Positions 15,401 to 27,192 of a stretch of 59,563 bases of DNA are shown in pieces; the first letter of the stretch is position 1, and each line of letters opens with the position of its first letter. The notes beneath the pieces are model-generated. The model was given only the letters and a program-made list of their open reading frames with translations. It was not told where the DNA came from and did no database searches. Source of the DNA: Pavona decussata (lineage: Eukaryota); contig CDRNST010000213.1 of assembly GCA_977016875.1 (NCBI GenBank), positions 1,116,001 to 1,175,563 of the forward strand, in the 5' to 3' direction. Position numbers and translations under genes: made by a program.

Positions 15401-18400
15401 TTTGCTACTGCGCATATGTTCTGCGCATCTCGGGAAACCCTGATGGTGCCTACTAATTCAAAGATGGTCTAGATAAAAGCAGTGAGGAATTTAATTTTAA
15501 GAAAAACACGACACTCCTGAGTTTTACAACAGACGTGTTTCGTCAGTTGCCTCTGCCATCTTTATTGTGAAATGAACAACAAATTACAGAGGAATATAAA
15601 TGCTAAAAAAATTGCAATAATAATAGAAATAATTAAGACCATAACAATAGTAATACAAAATTAAACAGAAAGTAAATTAACGTGTTTGACTTGTGCGTTG
15701 AGTGTAGGTTTTTCCCAAACTATGTGCAACGCCTCTTTATTTTAAGGGCGAACCGCGTGGATGTCTGATCGATGATGGCAAAATTGTCGCAGGAGCATGC
15801 AGAGCGACATGCTGACGAAGTCTCCAGATGCTTGAAGATGTGTGAGGCCCTGTCCGTTTCCAAGTGTTCCCTTACACGTGTGTTGAAATGTCTGGAGGTC
15901 TCACCGACATAACAGGTTGCACAGCCTGCGCACGAAAATTTATAAACCACACATGATCGGAGACCATTGGGGATAGGGTCTTTCACATGCACTAAAGAGG
16001 CTACCTACTTTGAAAGAGGAAAACGCTAACATTATGTTTGCATTATTACAATAGAAATGTGAAAGTCGACGAATGCGCTTTTGAGCGATACTAGAAAAAT
16101 AACCTATGTAGGGTAATTTGAAATAAAAGGTATTGGGCGCTTGTTCGCCAGTTGATCTTACATAGTTGCCTGTTACATACATCTTTTTATGGGGCACCAT
16201 AAAATGAATTGGCTAGACACTTCCCCGTCGGAAATTCTATTCTATCGACGGTATGTGGATGACACTTTTTGTCTGTTCCATACGGAGTAGGATGCCTTAT
16301 TATTTTTTTATTTCATCAACTCCCGTTCACAATGGAATTCACAATGCAAGCGGAACCAGATCATAAACTGGCCTTTTTAGATACGTACATTGACAACACG
16401 GGGCCCACGGTAGCGACTAGAACATTCCGCAAGAAAACATTTACCGGCTTATTAACTTGTTTTTCTAGTTGTACCTCATTTTTATACAAAATTGGGCTAG
16501 TCAAGACACTTGTTGATAGAACTCTCAAGATTTGTAACACCTGGCAAGCGTTTGTTGAGGACATCGCCTCACTAACATTCATTCTAAAGAAAACATGTAT
16601 CCTTCTAGGCTAATAGTGAAAGAATCATTAACCGCAGTGTCACTCAGTATGTAACAGGCAACTATGTAAGATCAACTGGTGAACAAGCGCCTTTTATTTC
16701 AAATTACCCTTCATAGGTTATTTTTCTAGCATCGCTCAAAAGCGCATTCGTCGACTTTCACATTTCTATTGTAATAATGCAAACATAATGTTAGCGTTTT
16801 CCTCTTTCAAAGTAGGTAGCCTCTTTAGTGTGAAAGACCCTATCCCCAATGGTCTCCGATCATGTGTGGCTTATAAATTTTCGTGCGCAGGCTGTGCAGC
16901 CTGCTATGTCGGTGAGACCTCCAGACATTTCAACACACGTGTAAGGGAACACTTGGAAACGGACAGGGCCTCACACATCTTCAAGCATCTGGAGACTTCG
17001 TCAGCATGTCGCTCTGCATGCTCCCGCGACAATTTTGCCATCATCGATCAGGCATCCACGCGGTTTGCCCTTAAAATCAAAGAGGCGTTGCACATAGTTT
17101 GGGAAAAACCTACACTCAACGCACAAGTCAAACACGTTAATTTAAAACTTTCTGTTTAATTTTGTATTACTATTGTTATGGTCTTAATTATTTCTATTAT
17201 TATTGTAATTTTTTTAGCATTTATATTCCACTGTAATTTGTTGTTCATTTCACACTGAAGATGGCAGAGGCAACTGCCGAAACACGTCTGTTGTAAAACT
17301 CAGGAGTGTCGTGTTTTTCTTAAAATTAATTCAAAGATATTTTTTGCGCGGTTAATGGTATGCGGGAAAAGAAGATCCAAGAAAGGGTTATTGAAATCCA
17401 AAAAGAAAACTAAGGGTAACCATAACAACGCATTCTTTCAGAGATATTTAATTAAGCTTCAATTTGAAAAAACAAAAGCCACACATTTGCTTTGTTTATT
17501 TCTTTACAAAATTAAGCGGGTGATATTTGTATTTCTTCTAATATATATAAGCTACGCTTGTTTGTTAAATTATTCATCGTTTGATAACTGGTTTTGAATT
17601 AAACCGAAATAATTACGTTTCTATAAATCTATCTCCTGGTTATTGACTCAAATATTGAATACTGCAGAATGTTCTTCGGAGTTACTTTCGTACTTTATTT
17701 TAATATATTTTAACCCTTATTTTTCTTTTCGGATTTTAAAACCTCTTGCTAAGATCTGCTTTTTCCGCATAGTTACAAACCGCGCAAAAATGCTTCGTTA
17801 TTAGTAGGCAGTAGTGACCTGACCTTATTTCCTTTTACATCATCTCTACTTGATCAAAATAAAATGCACAATACAGGAGATGGTCGCAGAAGATACTCTC
17901 AGTGTACTCTCTTGATGTATAAGGAAATTCTTCCAACGTAACTGGTGCCGCAAGAGAATAATGTAAGGAAACAGTAAGAGAATATACAAGAATCCAGTGA
18001 CCGACACACGAAATTTGGATGCAGTGCTTCAGGGCAGTTCAGGGTGCATCTAAAATCAACCTTCATTACTCTAAATACCTGAAAACGTTGCTGTATGTCT
18101 GTGAGTAGCCATAGTATCGGACGCGTAGGAAAACGGTTGCTTTGATGTTCTTGGCCGTGATATATTTTATTTATCATTTATATATCCATTTATTTATCCA
18201 GGGATATTTTTACATGATTTTTCTTTTTATTCGTTTTTGTTATTTTTTGTTATTATCACAGTTTTTCCACTCATGTGAATTCATGAAGGTTTTTAAGCGG
18301 ATCCGGGAAGGTTGGAGTTTGCAAAGAGCAAATAACAATCATGTCGCGCTGCAGTTTGTTTGGAGTGAAGAATTTGTTTAAAAAGACAGCACGAGTCATT

Positions 18401-19563
18401 ATTACCTCTATTGGATATTTCCTCCACTTCATTATCATTATTATCTGCTGTCCTCTGTATGCCTTGAAAAAAAAAAAAAGAAAAAACAGAAATCAATGCA
18501 CGCAACCCAAAAAGAAAGCAAAAATACGTGAGTTGGAGACAAGGGGCAAAAAGGAGCAAAAATGGTACACTGAAATATGTCACCCTCTCTTTAATCGTGC
18601 CGCCTATCAATTAAAGTAGCCTTGATGGCTGTTTTCACGAAAATTCTTATTTTATTAACTTAACTGTTTTTATGAACGTGTTATGTCGGGTTTCACTTGA
18701 CAGTTGATTTTTTTAAGCCTGGTTTTCGGCCTTTTTCTTGGACAAATTTTCGTTTGTCGTGAACTAAATGAAAGTTAGTGTACAGGTGATAAAAACCCTA
18801 ACCCGTATGTTGACAGTTGTCGGATGAAAGCAAACTTCTGAAACTTCCAATTAAAATCATGATTGTCCTATTTTAGGTGTCTTGATTCATAAGACTAACA
18901 AATCTTAAAATACAAAGCAACAGTTATGCATTTATGCTATACACTCTTAGTTAACAAATTCGGCTCTGTAGAATATTTGTCAAGATTTTATAAATACGTT
19001 GAAAGACTGGTCGGAAAGTTCTACTTCACTGCATTATGAAGACGGATATGACAAACATTTGTGTCGAAAAAAGAAATCTCACGTCCGCCTGAAAAATCGC
19101 CTACAGTAGTATTTTAAATCTGTTATGGTTCTTTCGGATGTAAAACCCACGACACCTATTTATAACTCTACAACTGTAGTTTTAATTGTCGCTGTTGTGT
19201 TACAAGTGACCTTTTACCATAATCAAAACCGTAAACCATTCATGGCACACAATTCATACCTGAGCGCGTGTGTATTAGAGTGTTCTTCGTTTAGGTCTTG
19301 AGCTCGATGCATGTACACGATGTTTTCAGTTGGGATTGATAACGGAGGCTTAGGAAAGCACTGTTTGACATGTCACACTTTAATGAAGACATTTACATCA
19401 CAGAACTGAGTCACAACTGACTTGATGTTTGACCTTGGCAGGGGAAGATACTGAAATGATGGTACTTACGATTGCTCCATTCGTCTAGCGGTTTCGTGTA
19501 ACACGAAACAAAATTTGATCCAAAAACCAAGAAAAGGCAAAACCACGGAGCTGGATTCGCCAT
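139..19563 (-). CDS. Astacin-family zinc metalloprotease (signal peptide-propeptide-astacin-TSP1-TSP1-MAM), 11 exons in window, 3'-incomplete
   Basis: Phase-consistent GT-AG exons: 19563-19470, 14209-14084, 12078-11926, 10332-10212, 9303-9191, 7201-7130, 5259-5038, 3917-3744, 3152-2973, 1983-1843, 401-139 (1659 nt, 553 codons). Motifs: FYQGDI aspartate switch, HEMMHAIGFFHEQ zinc site, SVMHY Met-turn, two WxxWxxC TSP1 repeats, MAM domain. Confidence 0.92.
412..630. repeat. Three ~70-bp tandem repeats beside the MAM exon acceptor
   Basis: Unit GAGA..CAAATATCACT...TAACTCGTGTAGTCTA..GATAAAATCGTAAGCTTGATA occurs three times; the third is degenerate. Confidence 0.8.
850..1263 (+). mobile_element. 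LINE 3' end with a short (CCTTAC)n tail
   Basis: HRLDSLLPP...RYNLRN pattern, then AATAAA and a simple-repeat tail. Confidence 0.5.
1503..1547. repeat. (AATTG)n microsatellite
   Basis: Directly visible. Confidence 0.9.
1843..1983 (-). CDS. Astacin exon 10 (MAM domain, N-terminal part)
   Basis: DFENFRLGMW...W...NTGPDRDHTSGK MAM signature. Confidence 0.88.
2973..3152 (-). CDS. Astacin exon 9 (TSP1 repeat 2)
   Basis: IDGHWGRWSEWRPCSKTC...RMCDNPAPTHGGKPCPG; phase 1/1. Confidence 0.92.
3744..3917 (-). CDS. Astacin exon 8 (TSP1 repeat 1)
   Basis: GWTSWSRWTPC...RTRERYC; phase 1/1. Confidence 0.9.
4052..4225. mobile_element. MITE
   Basis: GACCATTTCCAAGTTG...CAACTCGGAAATGGCC inverted ends. Confidence 0.55.
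5038..5259 (-). CDS. Astacin exon 7 (Met-turn)
   Basis: YDYQSVMHY...DVVEINALYDC. Confidence 0.92.
5416..5790 (+). mobile_element. tRNA-derived SINE, copy 1
   Basis: A box TAGCTCAGTTGG and B box GGTTCAAACC; ~310-bp body shared with the copy at 24773. Confidence 0.85.
7130..7201 (-). CDS. Astacin exon 6
   Basis: GFFHEQARSDRNNYVKIFWENI completes HExxHxxGxxH. Confidence 0.92.
8228..9005. mobile_element. Non-autonomous DNA transposon with TTAA target duplication (Kolobok-like)
   Basis: TTAA-GGTGGCCGAACACAGTTTTC ... GAAAACTGTGTTCGGCCACC-TTAA: perfect 20-bp TIRs starting with GG. Confidence 0.8.
9191..9303 (-). CDS. Astacin exon 5 (HExxH)
   Basis: GCSSRIG...QTISLGDGC...IIHEMMHAIG; AAG acceptor. 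Confidence 0.92.
9503..9659. other. Assembly gap
   Basis: Run of N. Confidence 1.
10212..10332 (-). CDS. Astacin exon 4
   Basis: VQKAIQEFHRYTCLRFVP, typical of astacins; phase 1/2. Confidence 0.9.
10405..10765. mobile_element. MITE (GCCTACTAAT TIR family)
   Basis: GCCTACTAAT...ATTAGTAGGC; a related copy lies at 15383-17810. Confidence 0.6.
11133..11399. mobile_element. MITE with (GGCAAAC)n subterminal repeats
   Basis: Imperfect TIRs AAGAATGACGTTTACGGCAAAC / GTTTGCCGCAAACGCAATTCT. Confidence 0.55.
11926..12078 (-). CDS. Astacin exon 3 (aspartate switch and start of catalytic domain)
   Basis: GNISEFYQGDIILDP...RNAIRSRKRLWTSRIIPY; ttctag acceptor, gtaagt donor. Confidence 0.9.
14084..14209 (-). 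CDS. Astacin exon 2 (propeptide)
   Basis: tttcag acceptor; HDTVHGRILAVNMAHIRQKRQVPGNESQSGNVFEGIEKANE; gtacg donor; phase 1/1. Confidence 0.75.
15491..17326 (+). mobile_element. Penelope-like retroelement, 5'-truncated, with an inverted copy of its 3' end
   Basis: Forward part from ~16180: RT YVDD, RKKTFTG, GIY-YIG endonuclease (VAYKFSC..C...YVGET.R). 15491-16177 is a near-identical reverse complement of the 3' part. TAATTCAAAGAT is duplicated at 15454-15465 and 17327-17338. Confidence 0.92.
17249..17295 (+). ncRNA. Minimal hammerhead ribozyme in the Penelope terminal repeat
   Basis: CTGAAGA (17255-17261), stem GGCAG/CTGCC, GAAAC, short stem III, GTC cleavage triplet (17286-17288). Confidence 0.75.
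19470..19563 (-). CDS. Astacin exon 1 (signal peptide)
   Basis: ATG start, MANPAPWFCLFLVFGSNFVSCYTKPLDEWSN, hydrophobic core, GTAAGT donor in phase 1 matching the next exon; TATA-like box upstream. Confidence 0.7.
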
Positions 19564-19685
19564 GATGCGACGAAAGAACTGCTGAGAATCGCTGTAATGT
19601 AACGTACGTAATTCCTTTTCAAGTCAATGAACTCTCCTATTCCATGGGGATGATCTCTAGTGGGAAGCAAAACTCTAGGGACATC

Positions 19686-19697
19686 TGTTTATATAAT
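19686..19697 (-). promoter_or_regulatory. Candidate TATA box of the astacin gene
   Basis: TATATAAA on the minus strand, ~125 bp upstream of the proposed ATG. Confidence 0.4.
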
Positions 19698-21451
19698 ATT
19701 GTTCCACTGACAGCTGTCAAAATATCTTGTCACAGATCTGTTTACATGACGGGAATTTCACAAAAAAAACGGTGAATAGATATTCTTTATACCACAATTC
19801 CTAGCAACAGCAAATTTACATTGATACAGAGGACATTTTATTTTCCTTTATTTTTTAAGTTTACTTTTCAAGTAAATAGCGACGAGCGATCACAGGACCA
19901 CTTGCCAGCGACATCACTCCATTGACAAAACAGACAAAACGACTAGCGATAAAATAGAGCAACCAGAAATTGTCGATTGTGGGGCCCAAACGTTACATTT
20001 AACTGACACAGACTGAAATCTAATAGTACGAAATTAAATTTCATGTACAAGATCTATCTCAGGAATCTTTGCAACTGATTGTTTTCTCTTGTCTGTTTGA
20101 TAAGCATAATTGTACAAATTTTGTCAATATTTGGTCGAATACAAAAGTAGGTTAGGTTCGAATAGACGGGTAACGTGACTGCTATACTACTTTGCCCTCC
20201 CCTGGTGGCAAATGTTGGTCAAGTGTTAGAGTACATTTTTTTGTTGTTTGTTTGTTTGGTTTTGTTGTTGTTGTTGTTTTGTTTTGTTTTTGTCGGGGAA
20301 AAACTAGTAGAAGGACCAGAGCCAGACCCGCAGCGATTTTTTTTATGGAAAGGGAAATCAAATAGGATACATTTCCTTTCGATTTGCATTTGGCGCTGCG
20401 ATGCGATGTATCTTTTTGATTCACACTTTCACTTCCCACTTTCAAACTACGGGCAATTGAACATTTACATATTACATATTAGAAGAGGGGTCACAACCAA
20501 TAGTTTCACAGACATCACGTAGCTTCTTACAACCTCTAATTTCGTACATCACTTAACTCTACTGTTTCAGGTCTGGGATGCATTGTTTCTGCTGTTCCTT
20601 CATTGTTTCGCTATTGTTTTGTCAACCAAATCTGTGAAATATTGTAAGAGTTGCGGGGTGGCCTAGCCCAACGAAAGCAGGCAAGGCTGAGCTATTGACT
20701 GGAATTTTTTCGGACCCATTTTTTGGATAGTTAATACTTACAGAAGCGTGGATGCCTAATGTTCTTTGACTGAGGGGGTGGGGACAAGACATTTAAAAAA
20801 AAAGAAGAAGAATATTTACTTTCCAAGCAAGAATACTAAGATGTAATTATAGTTTGCACGGGACAAAAATAAACACGGAAATATGGAAGATCATTTCAAC
20901 TGAAGGAAACTTGGTGTTTTAACTCATTCTCAAAGTAGTGTCAGCAACTGAGAAAAGGGCTTTCACAGTTCTGTAAAATTTGTGGGTTTTCGAATTCAGA
21001 ATACTAATTCCAAGCTCGGGCTACTTCGAAAACTGCGTTGACGCCGTTTGTTACGAGGCTGGTGTGACGTGGATCTTACCCTTGAGAGGCGCGGCTTAAC
21101 AACTGTACACAATCCTTACCTAAGTAACACTTCAAATTTAATAAGTTTGAATACATAAACGCTAAGTTACACAATAAAAGGGAACGTAAAAACAAACTAT
21201 TTCTTCTAAACCTAATTGATTACCTATAAACTAAATTACTTTTGCAATCTCACGTTAATTACTAAGCTATTATGATTCAAAATGTTCACTGCTGCACAAC
21301 GTTCAGTTTCTTCTTCGTCCAACCAATCCACAAACAAACCAAAGCAGTCTACTAACCAACTTTCAGCGTTCCGCCAAACAACGACTCTTTCTCTCTTGCC
21401 ACGTGCTTTTCAGTCTTTGTTAAATTTCTCTTTACTTCGCCCTCGACTTCT

Positions 21452-21628
21452 ATAGAGTGTTTTCACATGACGTCACGGCGGCCATGTTGGTCCCAAAACA
21501 AAGAAATGGCGGCCATGTTGGTGTCCCAAACAAAACCTCTAAGAATTGAACGCCATTTTTATGCAAATACTTTCTTTTGTTTCAGTAAACCAATATGGGC
21601 GGTAGTCACGTGAATGAAAACGCTCTAT
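21452..21628. mobile_element. MITE
   Basis: ATAGAGTGTTTTCA...TGAAAACGCTCTAT TIRs. Confidence 0.65.
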
Positions 21629-22559
21629 TCTTCTGTTTCAATAACTGTTTTTTTTTTTTTTACCAATCGCGTCCACCCTTTTCGCCGTCGACTCTCGGCG
21701 ATGAATTCAACTTTCTTCTTCTTCTCTTTTCTCTTTCTTACAACTGTTCCAACAACCAACAACCTAACCACTATTTATATACCCTTATACAATTAAGACA
21801 TTGAGTAATTTACAGAGAAGATTCTAGAATAACGCTAACTAAAAAAAATTTACATTATAAACGCTGATTACACAACAAGATATGAGAAACACAGTAATGG
21901 ATATAATAATAGTTAGTTAGACTACATTGAAATTTACAATACTACACACCAATTTCGAAAACAATAACTACTAATATACTAGTGACATTTTTTGACTGAT
22001 AAAAATATCTACAGTAACGTAAATTAAGACTGCAAATAATTAACAATATTCCTGACGAATTCACACGCAAAAGGATCACAGAAAAGAACGAAAACGTGAA
22101 CAATAAGAATTATTGTGATAGCTGGGTAAACAGCAGAAAGTCAGTATTCTTCTGTGAGACAAAGCTTCGACTCCTTGAGTGGATGCGGTTTTTCTCTGCC
22201 CCTTCTTCCAAAATACATGGACATTAACCACGCTGCTTGAAGTAAAACTAGAGAATAACGCGTGTTAATATCAGCTAGCTCGCCTTTCTCGCACTTTTTC
22301 TTGTTGATGGTTTCAATGGTTAACAGATTTTCTTTTCTTGTTTTTTTTTTTTTTTTTTTGAGGGGGGGGGGGGGGGTTACAGATTTTCATAAACTGTTTC
22401 TGCTATTTTGTTTCGGAGACCGTGAAGCTGCTTCAAGTAGGAATTCTTTGCTTTATTAGTTTCACTGAACAGGCCACGGTTGTCCCGGATTTAAAAACTG
22501 TTGTGTGGCGATACCTAAAGATGGTTGACAGCCGCTCGAACCGACATTACAAACTTGTC

Positions 22560-24450
22560 TAGCTTTTCTTGTAAAGATTGTCGTTTTTTTCCCCCACTGA
22601 AAGGAATATCAAGACCTTCATCGTATTTGCTCCTGTGCTATCCTACTGCAAGCTGGATGGGCGGTTAGAAGTGCTATGTGATAGCAGCCAAATAGGTCTT
22701 GGTGCGGCCTAGACGAAAATGGACAACCAATTGCCTATACAAGTAGAGCGTTAACGGAAACTGAGTGTCGTTACGCACAGATAGAGAAGGAGATGTTGCT
22801 CATCGGTTCCTCCAAGTTTAATGACTAAACTTTTGGTAGAAAGGCAATTTTCTTTAGTGAACCTAAGCCTTTGGAGTCAATTGTCAAGAAGGTGTTGCAT
22901 CGTGCCCCCAAGAAGTTACAAGGCATAGTCGAAGACTGGGAAGGGGAACAGGATTGTTATTGGTAGACAACTTTTCTACAACGTTCTTTCCAACTCGCAA
23001 CCAAGAGAATGAGAATTAGAGACGATTAGCATAACTCCAGCAGATTTATTGTGACTCCAAGATGGACAATTCTGTTCAAGGGTTAACGTCCGTAATTCAG
23101 AAGGGCTGGAAAGAGAATGAGTGTGACCTACCCACCCATTCTCATATCGAAGAGAAGATCCGGCGACTTAACATCTTTGCAAAGCAAGTCGGTCTTAACA
23201 TCAGCAGCAAGAAGACTGAAGTTATGGCACTGAAGACCACCAACAGAGAAGCCCAGTCCAGGTTGAGAATAAAGATCTCCTGTCTACGGACAGGTTCACC
23301 TATCTTGGCAGCACCATTAACAGTGAGGGGGGAGTAGACCTGGACATCTAGAGCCGTCTCAACAAGCCCTGAAACTTTCTTCATTTGATGAGCAAGGTAT
23401 TGCGCTTCTCCACCTACAGCACTCACACCAAGCTGAAACTCTTCCACAGCTGTGTCCTCATAACTCTCTGACAGGGTTCGGAAAGTTGGCGATTGACCGA
23501 GATGAGAAAGATTTAACAAAACTATCCACATTACATACAAAACGCCTCGGTTGATTTCTGCCACAGTAACGGTAAAGCTGAAAGAGCGGTGAAAGAAAAG
23601 CCAAGAAAATCCTCAGAAAGTGCAGAGTAGGTGGATCAGATACGTTTTTTGCCTTATTCGATCATCCTAATACGCCACCTGCTGGTATCCAAGTCAGTCC
23701 TGCTCAGCGTCTCTTCTACAGAAGAACTCGGAGTCTCTTACCCATAAATGGCAGCTAATTTGCTTGCACCGTAGGGAGTTTCAGAAAAGGCGCTGTGTCG
23801 CTTGAACAGCGCAAACAGAAACAAGAGTCGTATCACAATCGGAGGTTCTCTCGATCTTGATCGTTTGAGGAGAGGAGATACCGTAACAATGAGGTAAACA
23901 GGCGAGAGTGACAGAAAGGATTTGTGTGAAGGTGAGTGAAAGAGAGATCGTACAAAGTAGAGACGCCGCGTGTTGTTGTTCGCCTAAATCGTATTCACTT
24001 ACGAGAGACAAATGACCCGTCACCACCATCAGCAGATGCTGAAGTAACCAAGCACTTTGTTCCGCAATCGGACCAGTTGCAATCTTCGGTGTCTAAAAAG
24101 GTAACTACACCCGCTCTTAGTCAAGAAGATACATCATCAAACTACTGACTACTATCAACCGACTACTATGAAAGGTTTTTCCAGCTGCAGCACAGTCTCA
24201 CCAAGCAATTGAGATCTGAGCGTCTACGAAGACCATCAAAGCACTTAAAGGACTTTGTTTCACCTAAGTCATAAGCTTCTCTGAAGACAATTAACGCATT
24301 ATCATAGAGCTCTAGTATTTATTTGCCAATGTGCGATATACTCAATTTCATGTTGTTTTGCAAGAGAAAAGCTTTTATTTTTTTCTTTCCATTATTAAAG
24401 GAAAGTTGTTACAATAAGACGCTGCGTAATTAGCACACGAGAACTAGTGT
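22560..24450 (+). mobile_element. Degraded Gypsy LTR retrotransposon pol relic
   Basis: RNase H-like CDSSQIGLGA...QPIAYTSRALTETECRYAQIEKEML; integrase-like PQ.NGKAERAVK, NTP, SPAQRL..RRTRS; many stops and frameshifts. Confidence 0.75.
23130..23500 (+). mobile_element. RTE-type LINE RT fragment nested in the Gypsy relic
   Basis: RLNIFAKQVGLNISSKKTEVM, FTYLGS, TKLKLF motifs. Confidence 0.65.
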
Positions 24451-24772
24451 CTGATCCAGTTCCTGTTATTTCTACTCGGTTAAATTTTCGTTTACCGCTT
24501 GTTAGTTTGTCAGTTCTCTCTCGTGTTATTACAAAATGTACATTGCATTACATTACGTTACGTTACTTTACCTTATCTTACATTAGATAACATGACCCCA
24601 CCTTACTTCAACTTACTTTACATTGCAGTGCGTTGCATTGCACTGCATTGCAGTAAAAAAATGTTACATTGCAACGTTTATAAGTGCAAAACGGAAAGCA
24701 AGCTCCGTAGACTCAGTTTCAGTGATTGTGGATGTGGCAACAGGTTTGGGGAAATTATCAAACACGCTAACC

Positions 24773-25175
24773 GCCGACCGGTTAGCACAGTTGGTAGAGT
24801 GCCGGACGGCCGTGCGGGGGGTCGCGGGTTCAAATCCCGGCTGGACCACCTCTCAGGGTCTTTAAATAACTGAGGAGAAAGTGCTGCCTTTGCTCTGACA
24901 GCTGCAAATGGTTAGACTTTCTAGTCTTCTCGGATAAGGATGATAAACCGTAGGCCCCGTCTCACAAACCTTGTTTGTAAATAACTCTGTGGGACGTTCA
25001 AGAACCCACTCACTGTTCGCAAAGAGTAGGGGACGTAGTTCCCGGTGTTGTGGTCTGGTCTTTGTATGTATATTATCATGGTTGGGTGGGAAAATGCTCG
25101 GAGACATTAGCTGCATAAAGCTACTCCACAATCCGAGGGTAAATAAAGATTGATGATGATGATGATGGTGATGAT
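24773..25175 (+). mobile_element. tRNA-derived SINE, copy 2
   Basis: Same head and body as copy 1; ends in AATAAA plus a (GAT)n tail. Confidence 0.85.
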
Positions 25176-26093
25176 GCTAAAAGGTAGCGGACTGTGAACT
25201 ATATTTCATACAGCTGATTAACTTTTAAAGCTGTGGATCTGTAGTAACTGTAATTTGGAAACCATAAGACTGAAATTTACTTTTTTATTGGATAAAAATA
25301 CCCTAAACATTTGTACATCGTATTTGCATGGACGTATACTTTCTGAGAACGATATCTTTAAAATATATAGTTAGATTATTTACATTTTATGTACAATGTA
25401 AAACCTATGAAAATATACCAAACTGATATTGTCTAAGTAAAAAACCACTATTGGAACACTAAAAATTGGCACAGCTTATAGCTGAACGTTAAATAAAAAA
25501 TAAAAGATTGTCCATTTCTATCGAGGACAAGGCTAAAGGCACACGTGGAGTCTACAGTCAATAAATAAATCAAGAAATAAAGCGTTTGCGTAAGAAGTTG
25601 GAACAGGTTTTGTTTTGTAAAACATGCACAACATGTGATGTTGGAAAACGCTTTTTCGAGGCTGCACTTAGAATGAGATATGAGCCTAGAATTAGGTTAA
25701 ATTTTCTATCACCGTTATCTTCTCCCACACACACGCCCTCATTTCCAAATGTGACGCGAAGGTGAGAATACTTGAGCGGAAAACTGAAAGAGGCGCTTTA
25801 TACAAACACCAGCAAAGAGCGAAACTGGTGAGGTTTCAAAATCTCATCCGAAGATTTCTAACCTTTGAAATATCCTACTGATCTGCTACCTTTACATTTG
25901 AGTCTCCAAACTGCGAACTCTTCATTTCTCGCACTTGTGCTTAAAGAAATTGCAGCCGTTTTTATTTTTAAATTCTTTTGTTGTCATCTATTTGATTTTG
26001 ATATGATAAGCCAAAAGTCGAACTCCTCAGACTACCTGCAGCTTATACAACACAAGATCGGGATATTTCGTAAATAAACCTTTTCAGGTGTCT

Positions 26094-26329
26094 GGTATAC
26101 AGCGATTTCAATTAACGTTGTCGGGTATTAAAGCCTCAGGCTTATCCGACAACACAGCAAGGTATAGTATAGGTAGCTTTAAACCTTCACAATTCGGTTG
26201 AAATTTCGTGACGATCGTAAAATTACAACTGAATTGTGAAGGTTTAAAGCTACCTATAGTACCTCTCTGTGTTGACGGGTAAGCTTGAGGCTTTAATATC
26301 AGACAACGTTAATTGAAATAGCTGTATAG
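26094..26329. repeat. Long foldback palindrome (MITE-like)
   Basis: ~105-bp imperfect arms around a ~25-bp spacer. Confidence 0.8.
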
Positions 26330-26839
26330 GGCAACAATACCCAAGACTGAAAGATTTCCCGAGTAATAAACAGTTGGCCGAGAAGCGAAGCTTCGAGAGC
26401 AACTGTGAAATTTCGAGGACAATCCGGCTTTGGGCCGAGGGTATTATCATCCGACGAACCCGTAAGTCGGAAACGGGTTTACATATTTTATAACCCTTTG
26501 ATTAATTTTTCAAACGCGCGCGTTTTAAAGTGAAAAGGACAAAACAGCCAGTGATAGCTACGGGGGCACTGTAGCCTAATAAATAGAAGCTTACAACTTT
26601 ACTAGATTCATTAAACTGTGATTGGATTACAACAACTAAGATCTAAAGCTGAGACGTTATTTCCATGTTTCTCTCGTGGAAAAAAAATCAGGCGACTGTT
26701 ATATAACATGGGACGACTGTTATTGCCTGATAAACCGCGTTCGAATTTGTACCACGGAATGCGCGGAAATTAATCGGTGGGTTATAATTTAAGTAACACC
26801 AGCGAAATAAGCAGATCTTCTCGTATGGTATGGTCAAAT

Positions 26840-27192
26840 TTAAGCATCGTGTCGAAGTCTCTCTGACTCCGGCATATTCTCCAAGGACACCAGCCCGAGT
26901 TCGTTCATTACATGCCAGTTAACTTTTGCATAACCCATATTTGTTAAACATCTCATGACTTCTCTGATTGTTGCTTGATTTGTGTTCGCCTGGTACCACT
27001 TTAAAAGAGCAACTCGGCAGCATTCTTTTCCGCGGCCCTGTTCTTCGACTTGAATAGCATCAATTACAGGTTCTGGCACCTTCGGGTTGAGATCTCTGGC
27101 CAGTGTCTTCCATAAGCTACCCTGTTGCAATTTCTCAGCAACCACACGACGAACATCATTGCTGATCAGAGGTTGGTTGATCATCTCTTGAG
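26840..27192 (-). CDS. Exon 11: Death domain and stop codon
   Basis: VAEKL...WKTLARDL...IDAIQVE...ALLKW...ATIREVMRCL, Death-domain pattern. Confidence 0.88.

Larger units (their letters stand above)
15383..17810. mobile_element. MITE of the same family, split by the Penelope insertion
   Basis: Removing 15466-17338 restores CCTACTAATTCAAAGAT-ATTTTTTGCGC, matching the copy at 10407. Confidence 0.65.
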
